A stretch of DNA of 64,000 bases from Solobacterium sp. (GCA_017459725.1 JAFUCL010000103.1:67-64066), one strand, 5' to 3'; positions 48,308 to 59,235 are shown, numbered from the stretch's first letter. The notes: generated by a model from the sequence alone, not told the origin. Numbers and translations: made by a program.

Positions 48308-49302
48308 TTCGTCACCGCCTTACTATGCAGCAGCCAGCATGCACACTGGTGCGTATCACTGAATGTCGTCACTTCCGGCGCGCGGTCTTTGCAGATGCGC
48401 ATCGCCTTCGTGCAGCGGTCAACGAACGGACAGCCCTTCGGCGGATTCAGAAGATCCGGCGGAGAACCGGCAATCGGCTCCAGCGGCTTGTCTTCATCAT
48501 CTTCCGGATTTGCCACACAGTTCAGCAGACCCTGCGTATACGGATGCTTTGCCTCATAGAATACTTCACGGTCGGTGCCGATCTCAACGATCTTGCCGCC
48601 GTACATAATCGCAATACGGTCGCACAGTTTTGCCACGACACCGAGGTCATGGGAAATCATGATGATGGCTGAATTACTGTTTGTCTTCAGTTCATCAATG
48701 AGTTCGAGAACCTGTGCCTGGATCGTAACGTCCAGCGCAGTTGTCGGTTCATCCGCAATGACCAGCTTAGGTGCATTGGCAAGTGCAATTGCAATGACGA
48801 TACGCTGACGCATACCGCCGGAAAATTCAAACGGATACTGATCGATACGCTTCTCAGGTGAAGGAATACCGACCTGCTCCATCAGTCTCAGCGCACGCGT
48901 GCGTGCTTCGCTTTCACTGACATGCATATGGTTCTTGATCGGTTCCGTCAGCTGTTTGCCGATTTTCAGAATCGGATTCAGGAATGTCATCGGATCCTGG
49001 AAAATCATGGCCATCGTATTGCCGCGCAGTTCACCCATCTTCTTTTCATAGGTCTGTTTGTCGGTTTTGCCCGGTGTAATGTCCTGACCGTCAAAGACTA
49101 CTTTATCGGCAGTCGCAATACCGTTGTCTGCCAGCAGTCCGATGATTGAATACATCGTCTGGCTCTTTCCGGAACCGGATTCCCCGACGATTCCGAGCGC
49201 TTCGCCCTGATCTACATGAAAAGAGACGTCACGTACAGCTTTAACCATGCCCTGGTCTGTTTTAAAGTCAGTATGTAGGTTTTGTACTTCAAGTAATGGC
49301 AT
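48304..49302 (-). CDS. oppD: Oligopeptide/dipeptide ABC transporter ATP-binding protein (OppD-like)
   Basis: GESGSGKS, IFQDPMT, FSGGMRQR, ADEPTTALDVTIQAQ, PKGCPFVDRC. Confidence 0.92.
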   Translation of the reverse strand: MPLLEVQNLHTDFKTDQGMVKAVRDVSFHVDQGEALGIVGESGSGKSQTMYSIIGLLADNGIATADKVVFDGQDITPGKTDKQTYEKKMGELRGNTMAMIFQDPMTFLNPILKIGKQLTEPIKNHMHVSESEARTRALRLMEQVGIPSPEKRIDQYPFEFSGGMRQRIVIAIALANAPKLVIADEPTTALDVTIQAQVLELIDELKTNSNSAIIMISHDLGVVAKLCDRIAIMYGGKIVEIGTDREVFYEAKHPYTQGLLNCVANPEDDEDKPLEPIAGSPPDLLNPPKGCPFVDRCTKAMRICKDRAPEVTTFSDTHQCACWLLHSKAVTK

Positions 49303-49502
49303 CTTTTCTCACCCACTTTCACAGCCGCAGGCATGAATTCACATGGCCTGCATGAAAGACTCCTTCCTCAATATGTTAAAAAGATTACACCAGAATCGCA
49401 TACAATTCAAGAAATATTTTTCAGACATGTAAATGAAAATTTTCATAAAGAGTTTGAATGTGTGTTACTATTTTCATAGACAACAGAAAGGACTTGAATA
49501 AT

Positions 49503-50936
49503 ATGGATTTTGATCTTTCCAAACGCTACTGCTATTACTTTAATGAAATATCAAAGATTCCGCGCGGATCGGGTAATGAAAAAGCAGTCAGCGACTATGT
49601 GGTAGGTTTTGCTGAAGAACACGGTCTTGCATACAAACAGGACCATGTATGGAATGTCATTATAGAAAAGGATGCTTCTGAGGGATATGAGAATGCCGAA
49701 CCGCTGATCATGCAGGCACATCTTGATATGGTCAACGAGAAGAATAAGACATCCTCCCACAACTTCGATACGGATCCCCTTGATCTGTATGTGGAAGACG
49801 GCTGGCTGAAGGCAAGAGGAACAACCCTGGGCTGCGATGACGGCTACGGCGTCAGCTACATGCTTGCAATCCTGGAAGATGACACCCTTCCCCATCCCCC
49901 GCTCGTATGCATCTTTACGACAATGGAGGAAATCGGTCTGCTCGGTGCACGTGAAATCAAGGCTGAAGATGTCCACGGCAAGAGACTGATCAACCTCGAC
50001 TCGGGCGGAGAGACCATCACCAACGTCAGCTCGGCCGGCGGTGCTACAGGTCTTGTCACAAAAACATTCGAGTATGAAGCAAATGATCTGCCCTGCTATT
50101 CCCTGGCTGTACGCGGTCTGCTCGGCGGTCATTCCGGCGGTCTGATTCATACAGAGAAAGGAAACTCCAATATCATCGGCTTCCGCATTCTCAAGGAACT
50201 GCGTCTTGCCGGCATTGATCTGAACCTGGTCAGCTTCACCGGCGGTCTCAAATACAACGCAATCCCCCGTGAAGCAGATGCTGTATTCGCTTCCGGTGCC
50301 GATCCCGACTGCATCCTCAGTACCATCAAGCGCATCAGCGATGAAATCAAGGCAGAACTGGAATTCAGCGACGGCGGTTTCTATACCGAATGCACGCCCT
50401 GCGAAGCATCCGATAAACGTCTGCCTAAAGATGTCTCGGATAATATCATCGATTTCTTCTTCCTGGTTCCCGACGGCTTCCAGCACCGTTCCATGGCTAT
50501 CGAAGGTCTGACTGTTGCTTCACTGAACATGGGTGTTGTCAGACTTGAAAACGGACAGCTGAGCGGACAGAGCCTGATCCGCTGTGCTCTCGGCAGTCAT
50601 ACAGACCTGCTCCTCAACCGCATGATCACCCTCGGCAGACTCCTTAATATTAATGTAGAAGCAGCCGACCGCTATCCGGGCTGGAGCTATGCAGAGGTTT
50701 CCCCGCTCAGAGACATCTACAGGGATGTACTGGCAGGACACGGCATTGAGCTTGAAACACGCGCTACCCACGGCGGTCTTGAAGCTTCCGTATTCAAGGG
50801 TCTTGTGCCGGATATGGATATCATCACCTTCGGACCTGTTGCCAAGGGTGCGCACACACCGGATGAGACGCTGAACCTTGAATCATTTGACCGTGCATAC
50901 GGTTATCTCTGCGAAATCATCAAAGCCTGCAGGTAG
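49503..50936 (+). CDS. pepD: Aminoacyl-histidine dipeptidase (M20C)
   Basis: IPRGSGNE, QAHLDMV, TTLGCDDG, EEIGLLGA, NLDS, HGGLE, HTPDE; AAAGGA RBS before ATG 49503. Confidence 0.92.
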   Translation: MDFDLSKRYCYYFNEISKIPRGSGNEKAVSDYVVGFAEEHGLAYKQDHVWNVIIEKDASEGYENAEPLIMQAHLDMVNEKNKTSSHNFDTDPLDLYVEDGWLKARGTTLGCDDGYGVSYMLAILEDDTLPHPPLVCIFTTMEEIGLLGAREIKAEDVHGKRLINLDSGGETITNVSSAGGATGLVTKTFEYEANDLPCYSLAVRGLLGGHSGGLIHTEKGNSNIIGFRILKELRLAGIDLNLVSFTGGLKYNAIPREADAVFASGADPDCILSTIKRISDEIKAELEFSDGGFYTECTPCEASDKRLPKDVSDNIIDFFFLVPDGFQHRSMAIEGLTVASLNMGVVRLENGQLSGQSLIRCALGSHTDLLLNRMITLGRLLNINVEAADRYPGWSYAEVSPLRDIYRDVLAGHGIELETRATHGGLEASVFKGLVPDMDIITFGPVAKGAHTPDETLNLESFDRAYGYLCEIIKACR

Positions 50937-50943
50937 TATCCGC

Positions 50944-50978
50944 AAGTTATGCATTCCCGTGCGTGCATAACTTTTTTT
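50944..50978 (+). terminator. Intrinsic terminator after pepD
   Basis: AAGTTATGCA...TGCATAACTT stem then T-run. Confidence 0.75.
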
Positions 50979-51052
50979 CTGACGTATATTTCACTGTTTT
51001 AACGTTCCAGTACAGGTAACTTTTCTGCTATACTTTAGCCTGAGGTGAATTT

Positions 51053-52540
51053 ATGAACAAAACCGCATTTGATTCTGAGAAATACCTGAAGCTTCAGCGC
51101 GACAAGATTCTTGAGCGGATCCAGTTATTCCAGGGTAAGCTGTATCTTGAATTCGGCGGCAAGATTTTCGATGACCTGCATGCCGCAAGAGTGCTTCCCG
51201 GTTATCAGCCTGACAACAAAATCAGACTGCTCACCGAACTGAAAGACCAGGTCGAGATGATTGTCTGCATCAACGCCAATAACATTGAAGAATCGAAGAC
51301 CAGAAACGATCTGGATATCAGCTATGACAACGAAGTATACAGACTCATCGATGCTTTCAAGTCCCTTGATCTGTATGTCGGCAGTGTCGTCATTACACAG
51401 TACACCGGTCAGCCGGATGCGGATGCATTTATTCACCAGCTTACGATGAGCGGCATTCCCTGCTACAAGCATTATCCGATTCCCGGATATCCTTCCGATG
51501 TTGACTTCATCGTTTCCGAGAACGGTCTCGGAAAGAACGATTATATCAAGACATCCAGAAACCTGATCGTTATGACAGCCCCGGGTCCTGGTTCCGGCAA
51601 AATGGCAACCTGCATCTCCCAGCTGTACCATGATCAGCTGCACGGTGTCCGTTCCGGTTATGCTAAGTTTGAAACCTTCCCGGTCTGGAACCTTTCCCTG
51701 CATCATCCGGTCAACCTTGCCTATGAAGCCGCAACCGTTGATCTGAATGATGTAAACATGATCGACCCGTTCCACCTGGATGCCTACGGCAAGACCGCCG
51801 TCAACTACAACCGTGACGTTGAGATCTTCCCGGTGCTGAACCGTATGTTCCAGCGTATCCAGAAAGAATGCCCTTACAAGTCTCCGACGGATATGGGTGT
51901 CAATATGGTCGGTTTCTGCATCACCGATGATGAAGCCGCAAGAGAAGCCGCAAGAGTGGAAATCCTGCGCCGTTATTACCAGGGTCTCGTAGACCTTAAG
52001 AATGAACGTATCAATGAAGCTGCCCTTAAGAAAATCGAGCTGCTGATGAATGAAGTCGGTGTCACCCCCGGTGACCGCAAGGTAACGCTTGTTGCCCGTG
52101 AAAAAGCGGAAAAGACAGGCGCACCGGCTATGGCTCTGGAGCTGCCCGACGGACGCGTTGTGACGGGTAAGACATCTTCCCTCTTCGGTCCCAGTGCAGC
52201 GGTCATCACCAATGCCATCAAAGCACTCGGCAATATTTCTAAGGAAACACTGCTGATCGATCCGGAATATGTAAAACCGATCCAGGAACTCAAGGTCAAC
52301 AGCCTCGGCAACCACAACCCGCGTCTGCACTCAGATGAACTTCTGATTGCCCTGGCCATCACCGCCCAGACCAACCCCGCCACATCGGAAGCGATGAAAC
52401 ACCTCAACGGTCTGCACGGATCCGAAGCACATTCCACGGTTATCCTGCCGCTGGAAGATGCCAACGTATTCCGCAAGCTCGGTGTCAATGTGACATACGA
52501 TCCGGTCTATACACACAAGAAACTTTATCACCCGAAATAA
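51053..52540 (+). CDS. DUF1846 (UPF0371) family protein
   Basis: [50 protein letters not shown]. Confidence 0.9.
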   Translation: MNKTAFDSEKYLKLQRDKILERIQLFQGKLYLEFGGKIFDDLHAARVLPGYQPDNKIRLLTELKDQVEMIVCINANNIEESKTRNDLDISYDNEVYRLIDAFKSLDLYVGSVVITQYTGQPDADAFIHQLTMSGIPCYKHYPIPGYPSDVDFIVSENGLGKNDYIKTSRNLIVMTAPGPGSGKMATCISQLYHDQLHGVRSGYAKFETFPVWNLSLHHPVNLAYEAATVDLNDVNMIDPFHLDAYGKTAVNYNRDVEIFPVLNRMFQRIQKECPYKSPTDMGVNMVGFCITDDEAAREAARVEILRRYYQGLVDLKNERINEAALKKIELLMNEVGVTPGDRKVTLVAREKAEKTGAPAMALELPDGRVVTGKTSSLFGPSAAVITNAIKALGNISKETLLIDPEYVKPIQELKVNSLGNHNPRLHSDELLIALAITAQTNPATSEAMKHLNGLHGSEAHSTVILPLEDANVFRKLGVNVTYDPVYTHKKLYHPK

Positions 52541-52565
52541 GCATTCACCCGAATGCTTTTTCTTT
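52539..52565 (+). terminator. Intrinsic terminator
   Basis: AAGCATTC-ACCC-GAATGCTT followed by T-run. Confidence 0.65.
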
Positions 52566-52602
52566 CGGCAGGTTATAATTTACGAAAGCGAGGTATACAG
52601 CA

Positions 52603-53109
52603 ATGAGCAGAGAACTGAAAGCAGATCTTTACCATCGTGTCAGTATCAGGAAATATACGGATGAACCCGTTAAAAAGGAATTGATCGAGGAAATCCTGCG
52701 GGCAGGTATGCAGGCGCCTTCCACGGCCAACCAGCAGCCCTGGGAATTCTATGTCGTCACGGACCGTGCCCTCTGTGAAAAACTCGGTGCCGTTTCCAAA
52801 CCGTCATGGCCGGCGGCCGGTGCACCCGTGGTCATTGTCACCGCATACCGGGAAGCTTCACGGCTTTCTGGCTGGGCACAGATCGACCTTTCCATCTGTA
52901 TGGAGAATATGTGGCTGGCTGCCGATGCCCTCGGACTCGGTGCAGTGTGGCTCGGAATTGCGCCGAATGAAGACAGAATGAAGGATGTGGAGCAGCTCAT
53001 CGGCATGCCGGAAGGCATCCGTGCCTTCGGACTGTTTGCGCTGGGACATCCTGCCGAAAGCAAGGAACAGGAAGACCGTTTCAAACCGGAAAGGATTCAC
53101 TGGCTCTGA
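52603..53109 (+). CDS. Nitroreductase family protein
   Basis: RVSIRKY, APSTANQQPWEF, LGLGAVWLG, LGHP. Confidence 0.92.
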   Translation: MSRELKADLYHRVSIRKYTDEPVKKELIEEILRAGMQAPSTANQQPWEFYVVTDRALCEKLGAVSKPSWPAAGAPVVIVTAYREASRLSGWAQIDLSICMENMWLAADALGLGAVWLGIAPNEDRMKDVEQLIGMPEGIRAFGLFALGHPAESKEQEDRFKPERIHWL

Positions 53110-53146
53110 GATTTATTAATCACGCAGAATATAATAGAATAGTCTC

Positions 53147-54334
53147 ATGGATGTAAAACGGTTTGGAAACAGAGTATTGAAAGCAGCCTGTCCGGCCGTT
53201 TTTCTCGTTTCTGCATGTGTTGGAAAAACAACAAACGAAATTGCACCGGTTACACCCTCTCCGACCCCTGTTACAACCACTGAGACGACCGTATTCGCGG
53301 ACTGTTTCCTGAATGACGGCATGACACTGCCTGAAATAGATGCAAAGTGGACGGTATTGTCGGGGCATGCGGAGATCACAGACGGCGTGATTCACAAAAC
53401 AGAACAGGCTTCCGAGTATGAGCCGGTTGTGCTGCAGATGGAGCAGAACGGTGTTGCACAGACATATGAGGATATGCTATTACTTGATCCGTATGTGGCA
53501 TATGTCATAGCCTATTTCAGCGAGAACGGTGATGAAAAGGAAAGCCTCAAACTGGCATATACATATAACTGCAGATACTGGTTCAAACTGAATAAAGACA
53601 ATGCCGTTCTCAAACCTGAGACCGGCACACGCAGACTGCGCGATCCTTCCTTCGTCCGCAGAAAGGACGGCACCTTCACCCTGCTGGCTACCCAGGGATA
53701 CGACACCGATGCAATCTATGCATTCGACACTGCCGACTTCAGCACATATACCGGTGAACGTCTGCTGCAGGTCAATCCCCGGGGTGAACAGGCCTGGGCG
53801 CCGGAAGCGTTCTATGACCGAACCATCGACCAGTATGTCATCATCTGGTCCAGTGTCAAAGACGGCGGCATGTATTACAACCTGTCTCCCGACCTCTGCA
53901 CCTTCTCCCCGCCGCAGAAACTGCTGGATACCGGCTTCCCGGTCATTGACGGAACGGTCGTGCGGGATGGTGAACGGGCAGCGATCATTCTGAAGGATGA
54001 GCGTGAACCGATGGAGACGTACTCACAGCTGTTTGCCGGATGGTCCGATCACGGCTGGCAGAATTTCTCAAAGTTCTCAGAACCGTTCAGCGGGCATCAG
54101 AGTGAAGGTCCGATGATCATGAAGTGTCTGGACACGGACGGCTATGATATTTACTACGATGACTACACCCGCTTCCAGTTCCGTGCCTACCATACGGATG
54201 ATCTGTTCTCCGGGAACTTTGAACCGATACCGGATACAGAGCTGATGATTCCTCTTGATGATCCCGCCCACAGCCATGCCATTCCGGTTACCTGGAAGGA
54301 ACTTGAACGGCTGATGCAGATATACGGAGAGTAA
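53147..54334 (+). CDS. Lipoprotein with GH43-like five-bladed beta-propeller
   Basis: Lipobox LVSAC; LRDP, AWAPE, VIDG and SEGP motifs typical of GH43. Confidence 0.75.
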   Translation: MDVKRFGNRVLKAACPAVFLVSACVGKTTNEIAPVTPSPTPVTTTETTVFADCFLNDGMTLPEIDAKWTVLSGHAEITDGVIHKTEQASEYEPVVLQMEQNGVAQTYEDMLLLDPYVAYVIAYFSENGDEKESLKLAYTYNCRYWFKLNKDNAVLKPETGTRRLRDPSFVRRKDGTFTLLATQGYDTDAIYAFDTADFSTYTGERLLQVNPRGEQAWAPEAFYDRTIDQYVIIWSSVKDGGMYYNLSPDLCTFSPPQKLLDTGFPVIDGTVVRDGERAAIILKDEREPMETYSQLFAGWSDHGWQNFSKFSEPFSGHQSEGPMIMKCLDTDGYDIYYDDYTRFQFRAYHTDDLFSGNFEPIPDTELMIPLDDPAHSHAIPVTWKELERLMQIYGE

Positions 54335-54360
54335 AAATGACTGCCCGCAGGCAGTCATTT
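54335..54360. terminator. Bidirectional terminator between convergent GH43 and GH3 genes
   Basis: Perfect 11-bp stem AAATGACTGCC-CGCA-GGCAGTCATTT. Confidence 0.75.
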
Positions 54361-54368
54361 AATTACGG

Positions 54369-56069
54369 TCAGAACTTTGTATCTTCTCTTCCGCAGAAGG
54401 GATCCACCGGACTGACACCGAGGAATTCGCTCTTTCCCTCCAGCTTGTCCAGCACCGCTTCAATTGTGTATTCGTTCAGTGTGTATGCGTTGATGAATGT
54501 ATGCATTTCCGGCACATCGATCAGATGATACGGATTTGCAAAGCTGACAGCCATCGTCGGAATCTCCTCGGAGAACCAAGGTGTATTGGAACCGCCGAGA
54601 CCGCCCTTCCAACTCAGACGGACAACCGTATTGTTGGAAGCTGTCGGGAAGTTAAAGGCATACAGTGCAAGATCATAACTGGTCTTGAATCCTTCAACGG
54701 TGATGGGCTTATCAGTGATATAGCCACCCTCCGGAGCATCCAGCACGTTGAATCCGCGTCTCTGCAGAGCATCCTTCAGCTGTGCGCCAAGACCGTCTGT
54801 CTCACCCATGTATCCGCCGCCTTCCGAGGCAAACAGTACGATACGCGGATAACGCTCCGGTGTAATCGGGAGAAGATGTCTCGTATCTTTTACAAGCGTT
54901 ACGGATTTGTCGGCGCATTCCTTTGCCCATGATACAAACTCGGGATTCCGCAGGACCTTCAGGGCTGCCTTGCCCGGAACCAGGGTTCCGTTTGTTTTCT
55001 TTCTGTGCAGGTTCAGGGATGCCTTCAGACCGAGAATTCTTGTCAGTGCTTCTTCCAGGCGTTCTTCCGTGATAATACCGTCACGGTAACCCTGCATCAT
55101 GAATTCATAATCTTCATAGAAATCCTTGTTGAAGAGGAACATGTCAATACCGATGGCAATCGTGCGCGGAACCGCCTTGGAACGCTCCATGGCTGTTGTA
55201 TATCCGAGCATAGGTGTCGCATCCGTAACGATCATGCCGTTGAAGCCAAGCTCGCCTCTCAGAAGACCCTGGATCAGTTCCGGAGACAGCGTTGCCGGTG
55301 TATGTGCCTGCTCATCCGTCAGTTCCGGGTTCAGTTTCTTTTCCCAGGCCGGCTGTGAGATATGGGCGATCATGACAGTCTTGGCACCTCTGTCGATCAG
55401 ACCGCCGTATACCTTTCCGTAGGTGTTCATCCACTCATCTGCGGAAAGACTGTTGGTGGTTGTATGGAGATGCTGATCACGCTCATCCACACCGTCACCG
55501 GGGAAGTGCTTGATGGAAACCGCAAGACCTGCTTCATCCGCGCCTCTCATATACTCTGCACCGTAGGCAAGCACACGGTCTGCACTGTCACCGAATGTAC
55601 GCAGATTGGTGATCGGATTGCGCCAGTTCATATCGATATCCACAATCGGCGCAAAGGACCAGTTCACACCGACGGCAGCACCTTCCGTGCAGCTGACCTT
55701 GCCGAGATAATAACCGAACTTCGGATCATTGCACGCAGCAGCCTGCAGCGGTTTGCCGAAATTGGTGCCTTCAGAAGCAGAACCGATACCGCCTGCTTCG
55801 AGATTGGCAGCCAGCAGAAGCGGAATGCGTGCATGATTCTGCAGGAATCTGTGAGCCTCCTGAATCTCCTGAGCAGGTCCGGAACGGTACATCAGTCCGC
55901 CTACACCTCTGTCGAGCATATCGGTTAAAACCGCGGGGTCTTTACTGTATCCGACCGGGCAGAAAAGCTGACCGATCTTCTCTTCGATTGTCATTGAAGC
56001 AATCGTATCCTTTACCCACTGAATGGATTCATCATCGAGGTAAAACGGCTTGGCCTTGAGATCAACCAT
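54369..56069 (-). CDS. Glycoside hydrolase family 3 (beta-glucosidase/hexosaminidase type)
   Basis: EEKIGQL, FAPIVDI, NPIT..RTFG, KHFPGDG, LRGELGFNGMIVTDA (nucleophile Asp). Confidence 0.9.
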   Translation of the reverse strand: MVDLKAKPFYLDDESIQWVKDTIASMTIEEKIGQLFCPVGYSKDPAVLTDMLDRGVGGLMYRSGPAQEIQEAHRFLQNHARIPLLLAANLEAGGIGSASEGTNFGKPLQAAACNDPKFGYYLGKVSCTEGAAVGVNWSFAPIVDIDMNWRNPITNLRTFGDSADRVLAYGAEYMRGADEAGLAVSIKHFPGDGVDERDQHLHTTTNSLSADEWMNTYGKVYGGLIDRGAKTVMIAHISQPAWEKKLNPELTDEQAHTPATLSPELIQGLLRGELGFNGMIVTDATPMLGYTTAMERSKAVPRTIAIGIDMFLFNKDFYEDYEFMMQGYRDGIITEERLEEALTRILGLKASLNLHRKKTNGTLVPGKAALKVLRNPEFVSWAKECADKSVTLVKDTRHLLPITPERYPRIVLFASEGGGYMGETDGLGAQLKDALQRRGFNVLDAPEGGYITDKPITVEGFKTSYDLALYAFNFPTASNNTVVRLSWKGGLGGSNTPWFSEEIPTMAVSFANPYHLIDVPEMHTFINAYTLNEYTIEAVLDKLEGKSEFLGVSPVDPFCGREDTKF

Positions 56070-56148
56070 ATAAAATTATCCTCCTGTCGTTATCTGCTAT
56101 AAGCGTACCATATTCTGCATATGTATTGATGCCGTATGGGTAAACGGG

Positions 56149-58653
56149 TCACTTCAGCTGTTTCAGATACCGGCCGGTCAGACTGTCCGGATTATTCCTG
56201 ATATCCTCCGGTGTTCCGCAGGCAATGATGCGTCCGCCCTGTCTGCCTCCGCCCGGACCCATATCTATGACATAATCCGCACTGCCGATGACATCCAGAT
56301 CATGCTCAATCACGATGACGGTCGCACCGAGTTCTATCAGATGACGGAATACACCCAGAAGAACTTCTACGTCCAGGGGATGCAGACCGATTGTAGGTTC
56401 ATCAAAGACAAATACTGTATCAGACTGTCCTCTGCCCATTTCACTGGCAAGCTTCAGTCTCTGCGCTTCACCGCCGGAAAGCGACGGTGTTTCTTCACCA
56501 AGTGTAAGATAACCAAGCCCCAGATCATGCAGCACCTGCAGTCTTGATGAAACGGTCTTCAGATCCGCACAGAACTGCAGAGCCTCATCAACACTCATTG
56601 CCATCAGTTCAGGAAGCGAACGTTCCGCTCCGGCACGGTTCTTACGGCGCACGGCATAAGCAGCTGAGGCATAGCGGGATCCGCGGCATTCGGGACACGG
56701 AATATTCACATCCGGAAGGAACTGCACATCCAGACTGATTTCACCCGTACCGTCACAGGCTGTACAGCGCAGCTTACCGGTATTGTAGGAGAAATCCCCT
56801 GCCTTGTATCCGTGCTTCTTCGCATCCGGGGAAGCCGCAAATATACGCCGCAGTTCATCATGCACATTCGCATATGTCGCCACCGTGGAGCGCACATTGA
56901 TGCCGATCGGCACTGCATCGATGAGCTTGACCTGATGAATATCGGGTGCCTCTATCTGCAGAACATGATCAGGTAATTTTGTTTCCTTGATCATTGCCTC
57001 AAGTCCGGGTATCAGGCTTTCCAGCACCATCGTTGTCTTGCCGGAACCTGACACTCCGGTTACAGCCGTAAGTCTTCCTTTGGGTATATCCACCTGCAGC
57101 GGATGCACGGTATGAATACCTGCTGTCTCCATGTGTATCGTTCCATGCGCAAACACATCCTGTGCAGGCACAGTATTGTGGTTGGGTTTGTTTACTGCAT
57201 GCAGGTATCTGCCGATGATCGATGCTTCATTGTTAACCAGGTTTTCCGGTGTGCCTTCCGCAATGATCCTGCCGCCTTCCGCACCTGCCTTTTCACCAAG
57301 TTCAATGATCCAGTCGGATTCAGCCAGAACCTGTACGTCATGATCGACCAGAATAATGGAATTGCCGTCATTCACCAGATCGTTCATCACGGCAGTCAGT
57401 CCGGTAATGTTATGGGGATGCAGACCAATGGAAGGCTCATCCAGAACATACAGCACACCGGTTGTACGGTTGCGTACGGCTCTGGCAAGCTGTGTGCGCT
57501 GACGCTCTCCGGTGGACAGTGTAGAGGATGCTCTGTCCAGGGAAAGATACGACAAACCGAGATCCACAAGCCTCTGCGCTGTATGCAGGAATGCTTCGCT
57601 GATACTGACAGCCATGGGACGCATGTCTTCCGGTAAAGATGCCGGAACGCCTTTGACCCATTCAATCAGATCACTCAGCTGCATTTCACAGACCTGATCC
57701 AGTGACATATCTCTGATCTTCGGAGCTCTGGCAGCTTCCGACAGTCTTGTGCCATGACAGCATGGACACGGTGTCAGGTGCAGGAATTTCTCCACCCGCT
57801 TCATGCCCTTCTCATCTTTTACCTTTGCCAGGGCATTCTCCACCGTATGCACAGCACTGTAGTATGTGAAATCCATTTCTGCTACAGTATTTGTTTTCTC
57901 GTTTGTATAGAAGATATGTCTCTTTTCAGCTGCACCGTGCAGAACGATTTCCTTTTCCGCTTCACTCAGATCCCGGATCGGAACATCGGTTCTTACACCC
58001 ATATCCCTGACGATATCCTTCATAAGCGACCACATCAAAGACTGCCATGGTGCCACTGCGCCCTCATCGATTGACAGTGAATCATCCGGCACCAGCGTGC
58101 TTTCATCCACTGTACGCACAATACCGGTACCGTCGCACTCACGGCAGGCACCGGAACTGTTGAAGGCAAGTTCCTCCGCACCGGGCGCATAGAAGTGTGC
58201 GCCGCAGACCGGACAGACCAGTTCCTTTTCAGCAGCCACATTCTTTGTCGGAGGCAGATAATGACCGTTGGGACAGCGGTGTGAAGCAAGTCTCGAAAAC
58301 ATCAGACGCAGACTGTTCAGCAGTTCGGTGGACGTACCGAACGTACTGCGGATACCGGGCACTCCCGGACGCTGATGCAGCGCAAGCGCAGCCGGCACAT
58401 AGCGGACTTCATCCACCAAGGCTCTGGCAGCCTGTGTCATACGCCGCCGTGTATACGTTGAAAGAGACTCAAGATATCTTCTTGAGCCTTCCGCATACAG
58501 CACCCCCAGTGCCAGTGATGATTTGCCTGAACCGGATACACCTGCTATACCGACAATCTTATGCAGCGGTATATCCACATCAATATGCTTCAGATTATGT
58601 ACAGACGCGCCTCTTACAAGAATGTTCTGCGGCGGTTTCCGTGAGTCACTCAT
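56149..58653 (-). CDS. UvrA-like ABC ATPase (short, class II-type)
   Basis: Two NBDs (GVSGSGKSSL; GVSGSGKTT), LSTGERQR and LSGGEAQRLKLA, zinc fingers; 834 aa; no uvrB adjacent. Confidence 0.85.
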   Translation of the reverse strand: MSDSRKPPQNILVRGASVHNLKHIDVDIPLHKIVGIAGVSGSGKSSLALGVLYAEGSRRYLESLSTYTRRRMTQAARALVDEVRYVPAALALHQRPGVPGIRSTFGTSTELLNSLRLMFSRLASHRCPNGHYLPPTKNVAAEKELVCPVCGAHFYAPGAEELAFNSSGACRECDGTGIVRTVDESTLVPDDSLSIDEGAVAPWQSLMWSLMKDIVRDMGVRTDVPIRDLSEAEKEIVLHGAAEKRHIFYTNEKTNTVAEMDFTYYSAVHTVENALAKVKDEKGMKRVEKFLHLTPCPCCHGTRLSEAARAPKIRDMSLDQVCEMQLSDLIEWVKGVPASLPEDMRPMAVSISEAFLHTAQRLVDLGLSYLSLDRASSTLSTGERQRTQLARAVRNRTTGVLYVLDEPSIGLHPHNITGLTAVMNDLVNDGNSIILVDHDVQVLAESDWIIELGEKAGAEGGRIIAEGTPENLVNNEASIIGRYLHAVNKPNHNTVPAQDVFAHGTIHMETAGIHTVHPLQVDIPKGRLTAVTGVSGSGKTTMVLESLIPGLEAMIKETKLPDHVLQIEAPDIHQVKLIDAVPIGINVRSTVATYANVHDELRRIFAASPDAKKHGYKAGDFSYNTGKLRCTACDGTGEISLDVQFLPDVNIPCPECRGSRYASAAYAVRRKNRAGAERSLPELMAMSVDEALQFCADLKTVSSRLQVLHDLGLGYLTLGEETPSLSGGEAQRLKLASEMGRGQSDTVFVFDEPTIGLHPLDVEVLLGVFRHLIELGATVIVIEHDLDVIGSADYVIDMGPGGGRQGGRIIACGTPEDIRNNPDSLTGRYLKQLK

Positions 58654-58671
58654 ACTCCGTCTCCCTTCCGG

Positions 58672-59235
58672 TTACTGCAGTACTTCGTCAATCCTCTTCT
58701 CAGCGTCCTTCAGAATTGCATCTACATCAGCACCGTAAATATCCAGTCCTTCCGCACTGAAGCAGACACAGTCCTTGATTCCGTAGAATGTTTCAGCCAG
58801 TGCTTTAACATATCCGAAACCGAAAGCCGGATCAGCAATCTGGCCCCCTGCCGTTGTAACGTAATAGAGTTTCTTTGCCTTGCAGTGTCCGACCGGAATA
58901 CCCTGTTCGTTATAAGAGAAGGTAAGGCCAATGACATTGATCTGCTCAAAGTACTGCTTCAGCGCTGCCGGAAAAGACAGATCCCAGTACGGTGCCGCAA
59001 TCACGATTGTATCTGCCTGTGCAAACTCACGCGCAGGTGCGAACAGTTCCGCACCAAACTTACCATCATGGATCAGGCTGTCCCTCTCTGCCAGAAATGC
59101 TGCATCCGCTTTGGGCATATGCATATCCTCAAGCCGGCGTTCCTGCACCGGGCTGTCTATTTTCTGCAGCAGATACTCCGTGAGCTTTTTCGTACGTGAC
59201 TGTTCACGAACACATGCATTGATATACAGAACCAT
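58672..59235 (-). CDS. FMN-dependent NADH-azoreductase / flavodoxin-2 family oxidoreductase
   Basis: VLYINACVR..SRT, ADTIVIAAPYWDLSFPAALKQY, YVTTAGG; start at MVLY after AGGAAAGGA. Confidence 0.85.
   Translation of the reverse strand: MVLYINACVREQSRTKKLTEYLLQKIDSPVQERRLEDMHMPKADAAFLAERDSLIHDGKFGAELFAPAREFAQADTIVIAAPYWDLSFPAALKQYFEQINVIGLTFSYNEQGIPVGHCKAKKLYYVTTAGGQIADPAFGFGYVKALAETFYGIKDCVCFSAEGLDIYGADVDAILKDAEKRIDEVLQ

Noticed and set aside
49328-49352. GCAGGC...GCCTGC inverted repeat in the oppD leader
   Set aside because: Short stem, no U-tract or known motif; not enough to assign a function
51125-52330. 401-aa minus-strand ORF opposite DUF1846 (similar cases opposite priA, GT-RecX, oppDF, pepD, rlmN)
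   Set aside because: Fully antisense to well-supported conserved genes; no domain signal
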